Shown here in pieces: positions 19,061 to 27,450 of a stretch of 28,749 bases of DNA. Origin of the DNA: an uncultured Chlamydiae bacterium (GTDB lineage Bacteria > Chlamydiota > Chlamydiia > Chlamydiales > Parachlamydiaceae). A program made the position numbers and the translations under genes. The notes under the pieces were generated by a model. That model had not been told where the DNA came from. It saw only the letters and a list, made by a program, of their open reading frames with translations, and ran no database searches. Each line of letters starts with the position of its first letter. The stretch's first letter is position 1. The stretch is from assembly GCA_963830365.1 (NCBI GenBank), contig CAWHMU010000030.1:1-28749 (forward strand). The letters run 5' to 3'.

Positions 19061-20134
19061 ATGCCCGCATTCAGCAAAATCCAGGAGCTTTTAGGCGACC
19101 AGGCCGCATTTTTACTGGGCCACACCTGCAACACCGTCGCTAAAGAGCTGCTGCACCTGCCGAATGGACAGTGCATCGATAACCTCTGGCTGGGTAGTGA
19201 CCGCAATATCCGCGTGCTGCGCAATCTGCAAGTCCTTTTCCAGCATGGACGCCTCGGCGGCACAGGCTATCTTTCCATTCTGCCCGTCGACCAGGGCATC
19301 GAGCATTCGGCCGGCGCCTCGTTTGCGCCCAATCCCCTTTATTTCGATCCCGAAAATATCGTGAAGCTGGCCATCGAAGGCGGCTGCAATGGCGTCGCTT
19401 CCACCCGCGGCGTCCTAGGCGCCATCGCGCGCAAATACGCCCACAAGATCCCTTTGATCATGAAGATCAACCACAACGAGCTGCTCTCCTATCCCAACAC
19501 CTACGACCAGATCCTATTTGCACATGTACAGGAAGCCTATGATATGGGCGCCTGCGCCATCGGCGCCACCATCTACTTCGGCTCCGACGAAAGCCACCGT
19601 CAGATTGAAGAGGTCAGCCAAGCCTTCCAGCTGGCCCATGAGCTCGGCATGGCCACCATCCTGTGGTGCTATTTACGAAATCCGGCCTTTAAAGTCGGCG
19701 ACAAAGACTACCATACCAGCGCCGATTTAACAGGGCAAGCCAACCACTTAGGGGTAACCATCGGCGCCGACATCATCAAACAGAAGCTGCCCACGCTAAA
19801 CGGCGGCTATTTGGCGCTCAACAAAGAAAAGAAAAACTATGGCAAATACGACGACCGCATGTATAACCAGCTGGCCACCGACCACCCCATCGACCTCTGC
19901 CGCTACCAGGTGCTAAACTGCTACAGCGGCCGCATCGGCCTGATCAACTCCGGCGGCGAATCGGGCAAAAACGACTTCGCCGATGCCGTCAAGACAGCCG
20001 TCATCAACAAGCGCGCCGGCGGCATGGGACTGATCAGCGGCCGCAAGACCTTCCAACGTCCGATGGATGAAGGCGTAAAGCTCTTCCACCAGATCCAAGA
20101 TGTCTACCTCTGCCAAGAAGTCACCGTGGCTTAG
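19061..20134 (+). CDS. fbaB: Class I fructose-bisphosphate aldolase (DhnA/FbaB)
   Basis: [47 protein letters not shown] (Schiff-base Lys region), [25 protein letters not shown]. Confidence 0.96.
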   Translation: MPAFSKIQELLGDQAAFLLGHTCNTVAKELLHLPNGQCIDNLWLGSDRNIRVLRNLQVLFQHGRLGGTGYLSILPVDQGIEHSAGASFAPNPLYFDPENIVKLAIEGGCNGVASTRGVLGAIARKYAHKIPLIMKINHNELLSYPNTYDQILFAHVQEAYDMGACAIGATIYFGSDESHRQIEEVSQAFQLAHELGMATILWCYLRNPAFKVGDKDYHTSADLTGQANHLGVTIGADIIKQKLPTLNGGYLALNKEKKNYGKYDDRMYNQLATDHPIDLCRYQVLNCYSGRIGLINSGGESGKNDFADAVKTAVINKRAGGMGLISGRKTFQRPMDEGVKLFHQIQDVYLCQEVTVA

Positions 20135-20149
20135 GCCGGAGGCCTTTTT
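20133..20149 (+). terminator. Probable intrinsic terminator after fbaB
   Basis: AGGCC-GGA-GGCCT followed by TTTT. Confidence 0.5.
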
Positions 20150-20383
20150 GATTGGGTCGAAAGGAATAGCGACTACGAAAACAAGACACTTGTGGCTGAG
20201 GAGACACTCTTTTTTGTCCATGTTCTCTCATTATATAGCCCACACCAAGGCTCGCGAGCAAAGCGTAGACGAGCGGCAAGTATGAGAACCCGCGAAGCAA
20301 AAATTAACCAAGGTATGGTTCCTCTTTTTTGCTTTTTTTCGTTAGACGTTGATAAAAATGAAAAAATTAGACAATCCATAATA

Positions 20384-20573
20384 CTGGGCGTTCTGATTAA
20401 AAAGATTTGATAGGTAGTATGGGTATTGGTTTAACTTCGGCCATCATGTATTTGCTGCTAAGCCCCATCAAGGGGCTCTGCAAAAAACACATCATGCAAA
20501 ATCGGGCGCGCTCTGGCACGGCGAGTTTATATCACTGAATAGCCTATCAAATCTTTTTAATCAAAAGACCCTG
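20384..20573. mobile_element. 190-bp ISAs1-type MITE (non-autonomous)
   Basis: Perfect 21-bp IR TGATTAAAAAGATTTGATAGG (20394-20414 / 20543-20563), extending to termini CTGGG../CAGGG. The right end matches the ISAs1 TIR at 15/18. No TSD seen. Confidence 0.6.
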
Positions 20574-20663
20574 GCTCTGACACCCATTCAACCGCATTTT
20601 CTTTGCATCTTTGCGCCTTTGCGTTCCTGATTTCTCGCGCAACTAACGAATTTACGGATAGGT

Positions 20664-21362
20664 TCATTGAATCGGACAATGGTCGGCCGTTGCTGAATTT
20701 GAAAAAGAAGGATGATCGGCAATGTTTCCTACTTTAAGTGGCAAAATGAAGTCTTTTTCCGATGAAATTTCATTATTTTTTTTCCAACTAAATTTACGTA
20801 GGTCTGTGCCATCGTATATTGAGCACACTTTACCATTCTTGCTAAGTAGTCGGTTTAATTCTTTTCTTCCCTCAGCAGTATCTGAAATCTTCGTGCCTTC
20901 AATGACAATCAGATCAAATTGTCCATCTTCTATCATGGGGAAATGATGCATCCCGAAGAAAGCAACAATAGTTGGATTCATTGCAAGAAACGGATCAATT
21001 GTTACAGCGCCTTTATGGGTATGTCGAAAATGATATTCTTCAGCTTCTTCTTTATCACAAAAAGGGTATCCACCACTATTAGCTAGAGGTTTATTACCAC
21101 AAGCTACTATAAGAATTCTATCTGCTGGATTAACAGGTCGCAACTGGATAACACCCGTTTTTTTTGCGATTTCTTCAATCTTTTTAATTGGCACTTTAAC
21201 GTTTAAGTGTTTCCAATCAAATGGACAATCATCAACTGATTGAAAATCCTCAACTAGAAAATCTGAATAACACGAGGATAGATCTCGATTTATATCGTGA
21301 TACTGACGATACATTTTAAAGAGATTACTTGCATCAGTGTTAGATAGTGACCCAGCATTCAT
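20664..21362 (-). CDS. Hypothetical protein with SAM-dependent methyltransferase-like motifs, AT-rich
   Basis: RILIVACGN (motif I-like), DGQFDLIVIEG, ELNRLLSKNGKV. ATG 21362 behind AAGG. Visibly lower GC than the flanking core genes. Confidence 0.6.
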   Translation of the reverse strand: MNAGSLSNTDASNLFKMYRQYHDINRDLSSCYSDFLVEDFQSVDDCPFDWKHLNVKVPIKKIEEIAKKTGVIQLRPVNPADRILIVACGNKPLANSGGYPFCDKEEAEEYHFRHTHKGAVTIDPFLAMNPTIVAFFGMHHFPMIEDGQFDLIVIEGTKISDTAEGRKELNRLLSKNGKVCSIYDGTDLRKFSWKKNNEISSEKDFILPLKVGNIADHPSFSNSATADHCPIQ

Positions 21363-21528
21363 AAACAACCTTGTTTTAAATAATACACACAGATTAAGTT
21401 AATTTGTAATTACAATCAACTGTATATATACGCGTATTATCGTTTTGTTGCTCTCATACCAAGACAGAGCGGCAGCGGAGTCCACAGGTGTGGGCAATAA
21501 AAACCCAAAAATCCAGCCCCTGAGATCC

Positions 21529-21666
21529 CAGGGCTTTTTCATTAAAAATACTTTACACTCTTTATGCCGCCTCTAAGGGTACAAGCTGCGCTTGATGCTC
21601 TAGGCCGGCAGTCGTCTACACGAGCTGGTAAATCTCGCTCCCACTGCTCACTTCCTTGATAAACTT
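21529..21666 (-). mobile_element. Truncated ISAs1 end (138 bp), copy of 17089-17226
   Basis: Begins with the TIR CAGGGCTTTTTCATTAAA and includes the last transposase codons. Seven substitutions versus the intact element by hand count. Confidence 0.9.
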
Positions 21667-22097
21667 TCGAGCAGATCCTGTTTGCGCATGTGCAAGAAGC
21701 CTATGATATGGGCGCCTGCGCCATCGGCGCCGACATCAACAAGCAGAAGCTGCCCACGCTAAACGGCGGCTATTTGGCCCTCAACAAAGAAAAGAAAAAC
21801 TATGGCAAATACGACGACCGCATGTATGACAAGCTGGCCACCGACCACCCCATCGACCTCTGCCGCTACCAGGTGCTAAACTGCTACAGCGGCCGCATCG
21901 GCCTGATCAATTCGGGCGGCGAATCGGGCAAAAACAACTTTGCCGATGCCATCAAGACCGCCGTCATCAACAAGCGCGCCGGCGGCATGGGGCTGATCAG
22001 CGGCCGCAAGACCTTCCAACGTCCGATGGATGAAGGCGTAAAACTCTTCCACCAGATCCAGGACGTCTACCTCTGCCAAGAAGTCACCGTGGCTTAA
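21663..22097 (+). pseudogene. fbaB: Truncated second fbaB copy (3' part only, 201-bp in-frame internal deletion)
   Basis: Aligns to 19499-20134 at about 95% identity and lacks the 5' ~146 codons. The deletion falls between the direct repeats CCATCGGCGCC (19557/19758). Confidence 0.92.
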
Positions 22098-22251
22098 ACC
22101 CTATTTTAACAGAATCTATCGGTCTAACACGATTTGTTGGCTTGTTTATATTATTTAATTTTATAAACTGCATCTTTAGTGAAATATTTACTGCTCCACA
22201 ACGTCGTTTTTTCGGTGGTTTTCACCTGTTCTGTCAAAATTTAAAAAAAAA

Positions 22252-22311
22252 TAGCAGGATATGAGGATGGACACGATAAAGCCGCATCCTGTCCATCCTC
22301 ATATCCTGCTA
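22252..22311. repeat. Perfect 22-bp inverted repeat with 16-nt loop
   Basis: TAGCAGGATATGAGGATGGACA (22252-22273) / TGTCCATCCTCATATCCTGCTA (22290-22311), flanked by A and T tracts. Confidence 0.85.
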
Positions 22312-22586
22312 CTATTTTTTACCGAAAATCATTACAGCCTTAAGGTGGCCACCACCCTATCGCCATTGGCCATCGCCGTATTTTTAGATGCCGGCCAGAG
22401 CCGAGTATTCGCATCTACCTGTGAGCGAAAGTTTCCCCTGCCAGGGTGAACATAGCCGCTCTTACTGGCCAAAAAAGAGGATTTTGTCGTCCCAATATTG
22501 CAGAAGAAAAGTAGGCAGACAGAGAATTATTGAAATTTAACAGAATCACTTCATCTTTTAAGATGAAAATGGTAAATATTATCTAT

Positions 22587-23399
22587 ATGAACGAACGCCT
22601 TGGCATAATGAATACATCGCTAACCAGGATGATCGCCTCCGTCGGCGATTATTTTGTCCTGATTTTAAACGTCTGCTGGATCATCATCCGCCGTCCACCC
22701 AACCTCTCGCTGCTGCGCGACCAGATGTATGAAATCGGCGTCATGTCGCTGCCCGTCGTGGCCTTCACAGGCTTCTGCACCGGCATGGTGCTGGCGGCAC
22801 AGTCGTATTTCCAGCTGTCGGACAAAGGCATCGCCAGCGCCACCGGCATCATGGTGGCCAAAGCCATGGTGGTGGAGCTTGGCCCAGTGCTGACAGCCTT
22901 TATGGTGACAGGACGCGTCGGCGCCGCCATGTGCGCAGAACTTGGCACCATGCGCGTGACCGAACAGATCGATGCACTGCGCTCAATGGCGGTCGATCCT
23001 TTGCGCCACCTCGTGGCCCCGCGCTTTATCGCCGGCACGCTGATGCTGCCGCTCTTAACCATCTTCAGTTCTGTCATGGGCATTTGGGGCGGCTACATCA
23101 TTGCCGTGGACTACTATGGTATGGCCGCCAATGTATATATGGATCCCCTGCCGCAGCACATCACCTCATTTGATCTCTTTAGCGGTATCGTCAAGGCCTT
23201 TGCCTTTGGCATCATCATCATCACGATTTCCTGCTATCGCGGCATGACCACCAAGGGTGGCGCAGCCGGCGTCGGCCGCGCCACCACCAACAGCGTGGTG
23301 ATCTGCTATTCTGTCATTCTGATCGGCAACTTCCTGCTAACTTTGGGCTTGAATAATTCCTATGAATACATTGATGCCTTTATCAATCGGTGGTTTTGA
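22587..23399 (+). CDS. mlaE: MlaE family ABC permease
   Basis: IGVMSLPVV, ELGPVLTAFMVTGRVGAAMCAELGTMRVTEQIDALRSMAVDP, GGAAGVGRATT. The start is approximate (22587 or 22608). Confidence 0.93.
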   Translation: MNERLGIMNTSLTRMIASVGDYFVLILNVCWIIIRRPPNLSLLRDQMYEIGVMSLPVVAFTGFCTGMVLAAQSYFQLSDKGIASATGIMVAKAMVVELGPVLTAFMVTGRVGAAMCAELGTMRVTEQIDALRSMAVDPLRHLVAPRFIAGTLMLPLLTIFSSVMGIWGGYIIAVDYYGMAANVYMDPLPQHITSFDLFSGIVKAFAFGIIIITISCYRGMTTKGGAAGVGRATTNSVVICYSVILIGNFLLTLGLNNSYEYIDAFINRWF

Positions 23400-24190
23400 T
23401 GAGCGCTATGCCGGAAAAACGCGATAAGATCATCGTCGCCCATAACGTGTGGAAGAGCTATGATGGCCTGGAAGTGCTGCGCGGCTTGGACATCGAGATC
23501 TATGACGGCGAGACTATCGTCATCTTGGGACGCTCAGGTTCCGGCAAAAGCGTCTTGCTGCGCCAGCTGATCGGCATCGAGCGCCCCGATAAGGGCTACG
23601 TCGAAATCAACGGCCAACGCATTTCCGAGATGAGCCAGAATAAACGCTTTAAAGTCGCCAAAAGCATGGGCATGCTCTTCCAGGGATCGGCTTTGTTCGA
23701 CTCCATGGACGTCTGCGAAAATACGGCCTTTTACTTAAGACAGCATGAACGGTCGCTGACAGAAAAAGAAGTCATGCGGCGCGTCGACCAAGCTCTTGAG
23801 ATGGTCGGTTTAGAAAAAACGCAGAAGAAGATGCCCTCCGATCTCTCCGGCGGCATGCGCAAACGCGCGGCTTTAGCGCGCCTGATCGTCTACCGCCCCC
23901 ACATCGTGCTTTATGACGAACCGACAACAGGCCTTGATCCAATCACGGCCATGCAGATCAACGACCTGATCAACACCACCAAGCAAGAGCTAAAGGCCAC
24001 CAGCATCGTCGTTACCCACGATGTGCGCTCCGCCATGACCGTTGGGGACCGCCTAGCCTTTACCTATGACGGAAAAATCATGCAGATAGCCCCTAAAAAC
24101 GAGTTTTTAAAAATTCCGGATCCGCAGCTGCAGGCCTTTTTTAATAATGCGATCCTCACTAAAGAATCACTTGAGAAATATCAGGAGTGA
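23399..24190 (+). CDS. mlaF: MlaF family ABC ATPase
   Basis: Walker A GRSGSGKS, MLFQGSALFDS, LSGGMRKR, YDEPTTGLDP, VTHD. TGATG overlap with mlaE. Confidence 0.94.
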   Translation: MSAMPEKRDKIIVAHNVWKSYDGLEVLRGLDIEIYDGETIVILGRSGSGKSVLLRQLIGIERPDKGYVEINGQRISEMSQNKRFKVAKSMGMLFQGSALFDSMDVCENTAFYLRQHERSLTEKEVMRRVDQALEMVGLEKTQKKMPSDLSGGMRKRAALARLIVYRPHIVLYDEPTTGLDPITAMQINDLINTTKQELKATSIVVTHDVRSAMTVGDRLAFTYDGKIMQIAPKNEFLKIPDPQLQAFFNNAILTKESLEKYQE

Positions 24191-24196
24191 ACACCG

Positions 24197-25411
24197 ATGG
24201 TTGACCAATTTAAAAATTTCATGATCGGCCTGTTTGTCACTATCGCCGGTGCCGTCATCGTCTTCATCCTGCTATTCCTACACCCAAGCGTCGGCGATGA
24301 AGGCAAAATCTTGAATGTACGCTTCACCGATATCGACAAGGTGACGCCCGGCACGCGCGTAACATATGCCGGCAAGCCTGTGGGCGAAGTTGTCTCCATC
24401 AAAGAAGTTGAATTTGGACGCGCCGGCCCAACTGATGACAGCGGACGCGTCTATATCTATGATCTTAAACTCCGCGTCGATACCGGCGTTGATGTCTACA
24501 ATACCGACCAGATTTCACTGCGCACCTCAGGCCTGCTGGGCGAAAAGAATGTCGAAATCACACCCATAGCCCCTAAAGAAGGCCAGACGCTTGTGGTCAT
24601 CGATAAAGATGTCATGTTTGCCAAGGAATCAGGCTCGGTGGAAGACACCTTGAAGCAATTTAAAAACATCTCCCAAAAAGTCGAAAAGGCGCTCGATTCG
24701 CTAACCGAAATTCTCGACAGCGTACACAGCGAAGAGATCGTCAAAAAGATCTCAAGGACTATCGACAATGTCGAATCCATCACTGCCGCCCTCAACCTGC
24801 CAAAAGACCTCTCCGGCACGGTGGAAAATCTGCATACCTTGACAGGACGCGCCCTCAATTCCTGGGATGCTGTCGACACCACCATCCACGACATCGATAA
24901 AGCGGCTGTCGGCGCCAATACCTTTGTCGCCAATATCGATGACAGGATATCAAATGGCCGCGGCACACTCGGCAAGCTGCTGAACAACGATGATCTCTAC
25001 CTGCGTACCAACTCCATCATGAGCAAACTTGAGACGACGCTTGATGATGTCAACCACTACGGCCTGCTATTTCATTCCGATAAAGGCTGGCAGCGCCTAA
25101 GGGCTCGCCGCCTGAACCTGCTGCAGCAGCTGCGCACACCGCAGGAGTTCCGCAATTACTTCAATGACGAGATCGACCAGATCTCCACCTCGCTGTCGCG
25201 CGTCTATACCGTCATGAATGAAGTCGGCAACGACCCCTACTGCTGCCAGATGGCCGAAAACAAAGAGTTCACCAAGGTCTTTGCCGAACTCATGCGCCGC
25301 GTGACCATGATCGAGGAAGAGGTGCGCATGTACAACACCCAAATCGTAGAAACGCAGGTCCACCAGACCGAACTTGGCAACCCGCCCCTTTGCCCAGGCG
25401 ATTGTCAATAG
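24197..25411 (+). CDS. mlaD: MlaD/MCE family protein with long helical C-terminal domain
   Basis: N-terminal TM (IGLFVTIAGAVIVFILLFL), MCE domain (GTRVTYAGKPVGEV, TSGLLGEKNVEITP), GRGTLGKLLNNDDLY. Confidence 0.9.
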   Translation: MVDQFKNFMIGLFVTIAGAVIVFILLFLHPSVGDEGKILNVRFTDIDKVTPGTRVTYAGKPVGEVVSIKEVEFGRAGPTDDSGRVYIYDLKLRVDTGVDVYNTDQISLRTSGLLGEKNVEITPIAPKEGQTLVVIDKDVMFAKESGSVEDTLKQFKNISQKVEKALDSLTEILDSVHSEEIVKKISRTIDNVESITAALNLPKDLSGTVENLHTLTGRALNSWDAVDTTIHDIDKAAVGANTFVANIDDRISNGRGTLGKLLNNDDLYLRTNSIMSKLETTLDDVNHYGLLFHSDKGWQRLRARRLNLLQQLRTPQEFRNYFNDEIDQISTSLSRVYTVMNEVGNDPYCCQMAENKEFTKVFAELMRRVTMIEEEVRMYNTQIVETQVHQTELGNPPLCPGDCQ

Positions 25412-25539
25412 GGATACAATTGAGGGATGAAATTGAATGGCTGAGACTACCAGGTAGGCAATTCAACGCAGAGGCGCAAAGGAAACGCAAAGAACACAAG
25501 CCGAAAAATATGATGGGATAAATGACCGTTATTTGTTGC

Positions 25540-25646
25540 TGAGCTACTTAGGAGCGGCCATAATTGTAGCCCATGGTGTAACGCCAGTCGGCACAAACCT
25601 TGGGTTTTATAAAAAGCAATCCAGCCCCAAGGGGGCGTTATAATTG
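25540..25646. repeat. REP-like degenerate palindromic element
   Basis: ATAATTG repeated (25560, 25640), GTAGCCCATGG...CCTTGGG, and hairpin GCCCC-AAG-GGGGC. ATCCAGCCCC also occurs at 21511. Confidence 0.4.
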
Positions 25647-25682
25647 TTTCTCGGCCATTTAAATTTTAGTTGGAGCTGACGC

Positions 25683-26252
25683 ATGGAACATATGCCCTAT
25701 TCCCAGATTCAAAAAGGCACGTTTTTGATCTCCACCCCGGATATCGATATGGGCGTATTTTTTCGGGCCGTCGTTTTGGTCTGCGAACACAATGCCAACG
25801 GCTCGTTCGGCCTCGTGATAAACAAAAGCCTGGATTTGGAGCTGCCCGAAGAAATTATCAACATCCACAACCTGGCAAACCCAAACGTCGGCATCAGGGC
25901 CGGCGGCCCCGTGCAGACCAACCAGATGATGCTGCTGCACACCTCCGACCAAATCCCCCACCAGACGCTGCAAATCTGCGATGGCGTCCATCTGGGCGGC
26001 GATCTTCAATTCCTGCAGGAATCCATCACCGACGAAAATGGCCCCCCCATCCACCTTTGTTTCGGCTATGCCGGCTGGGGCGGCGGACAGCTGGAACGGG
26101 AATTTCTCGATGGCAACTGGTATATTCACCCAGCCACCGCCCGCCAGATCTTCTATACACCGCCTGAAAAGCTCTGGCCCTCCATCCTGCGCGAGATGGG
26201 CGGCAAATACGCCTCCCTCTCCATGATCCCAGAAGACCTCACCGTGAACTGA
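25683..26252 (+). CDS. yqgE: YqgE/AlgH (UPF0301) family protein
   Basis: [47 protein letters not shown]. Confidence 0.94.
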   Translation: MEHMPYSQIQKGTFLISTPDIDMGVFFRAVVLVCEHNANGSFGLVINKSLDLELPEEIINIHNLANPNVGIRAGGPVQTNQMMLLHTSDQIPHQTLQICDGVHLGGDLQFLQESITDENGPPIHLCFGYAGWGGGQLEREFLDGNWYIHPATARQIFYTPPEKLWPSILREMGGKYASLSMIPEDLTVN

Positions 26253-26331
26253 AAGATGAAAGCTGCATATGGCTTTCAAATTTCAGCCTTCAGATCATCA
26301 ACTTCGTCCTTAATCCTGGTAGACCGTTCGG

Positions 26332-26353
26332 TAAAAGGGGCCGGCCCCTTTTA
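26332..26353. terminator. Bidirectional intrinsic terminator
   Basis: TAAAAGGGGCCGGCCCCTTTTA perfect palindrome between convergent genes. Confidence 0.75.
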
Positions 26354-26410
26354 TTGCGAAAACCAATCCCGCCGCAGATTAAATGAAAAAAAGACACTCA
26401 TAAACTCCGG

Positions 26411-26945
26411 CTAGTCCTCATCCAAGTTGACATCGTCAACTTCATCTTCGCTAACATCATAGTCAACCTTTTCTGCCTCGCCAGACATGCGGAAGGCATG
26501 TGCTGCGGCGAAAGGGCCGATAGTCTCAAATATCGCCACCATCGCAAACACAAGGGTGGCCACCTTGTCACCCATTTCCGGCACGAGCGTGGTGGTCGTT
26601 GACACTAGGCCGATGGCCATACCAGCCATTGGGATCAGTAAAAGACCGGTTGCCGCAGAGTGCGCTATGGCAATTTTTGTAAAATGAGATATGGAGAATA
26701 CGCCCCAGCGCAATATCAATAAGAATAGATGATTCTGCCAACACCTCATTGGTGATAAGCTCCAAACCGTATGGTCCGATAATCAACCCAAGCAACATAA
26801 ATGCTGTGATTGTCGGCATCCACTGGATACGCTTGGCTATCAAACCGCCCAACACACCCAACAAAAGAAACAAACCGAATACGACCATCACGTTTAAGTG
26901 AATTGAGGGAATCTGCGTAATAAATTCCTGCAGTTTTACGATCAT
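26411..26945 (-). pseudogene. Cation:proton antiporter pseudogene with large internal deletion and frameshift
   Basis: The N-terminus (MPTITAFMLLGLIIGPYGL...IDIALG) and C-terminus (GLLLIPMAGMAIGL...AIFETIGP) are joined in different frames near 26690. Only ~180 codons remain of a typically ~400-aa protein. Confidence 0.8.
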
Positions 26946-27102
26946 CAGTGGTGGGTGCCAGGTTCATCAATTTGGAATTGTCAGATCTCAACTCCAATCG
27001 GCTGATGATGACACGAGCAAGCCGGCTGATGATTGGGACGTTAATAGCGAAATTAATCTTAGATGCCATTTTCTACAAGAATTTTATCAAGCGCGCCATA
27101 TC

Positions 27103-27170
27103 GATAGGCAAAACAAGCGGTGGTGGATACTTTCCCTAGGAAGGCCCCAACACCGCTTGTTTTGCCTATC
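27103..27170. repeat. Perfect 20-bp inverted repeat with 28-nt spacer
   Basis: GATAGGCAAAACAAGCGGTG (27103-27122) / CACCGCTTGTTTTGCCTATC (27151-27170). Confidence 0.85.
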
Positions 27171-27450
27171 CGGGTGTATACCATTGACTAAATCCGTAGC
27201 AATCAGCCAGCCAAATGCAATGAAGCTGGATTGAGAGTTCTCAAGGGCTGCAGGTTTCTTCTCTTTAGTAACTATGAAAGGCTTCATCCGCACAGGCGAG
27301 AGTTTAGAATGTCTATTTAGAAGCAATAAGCCCCTTTCGCTAGCACATGCGATAAAATAATTTATATTTTCACAACTCCCTCATTTGTGTGATGAGCCCA
27401 AATTCTCATGAACACCTGATCCAGTGCTGTCAAACGGCGTGGATATTAGC

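Noticed and set aside
21690..22097. 135-aa ORF as a functional mini-aldolase
   Set aside because: It lacks most of the TIM barrel, has no RBS or promoter, and is fused to an IS fragment.
25659..26279. Long overlapping ORFs on the opposite strand and alternate frame of yqgE
   Set aside because: Shadow frames of a well-conserved gene with no independent motifs.
26568..26749. Programmed frameshift joining the two antiporter frames
   Set aside because: No slippery site, and even joined the product lacks most transmembrane helices. A deletion explains it better.
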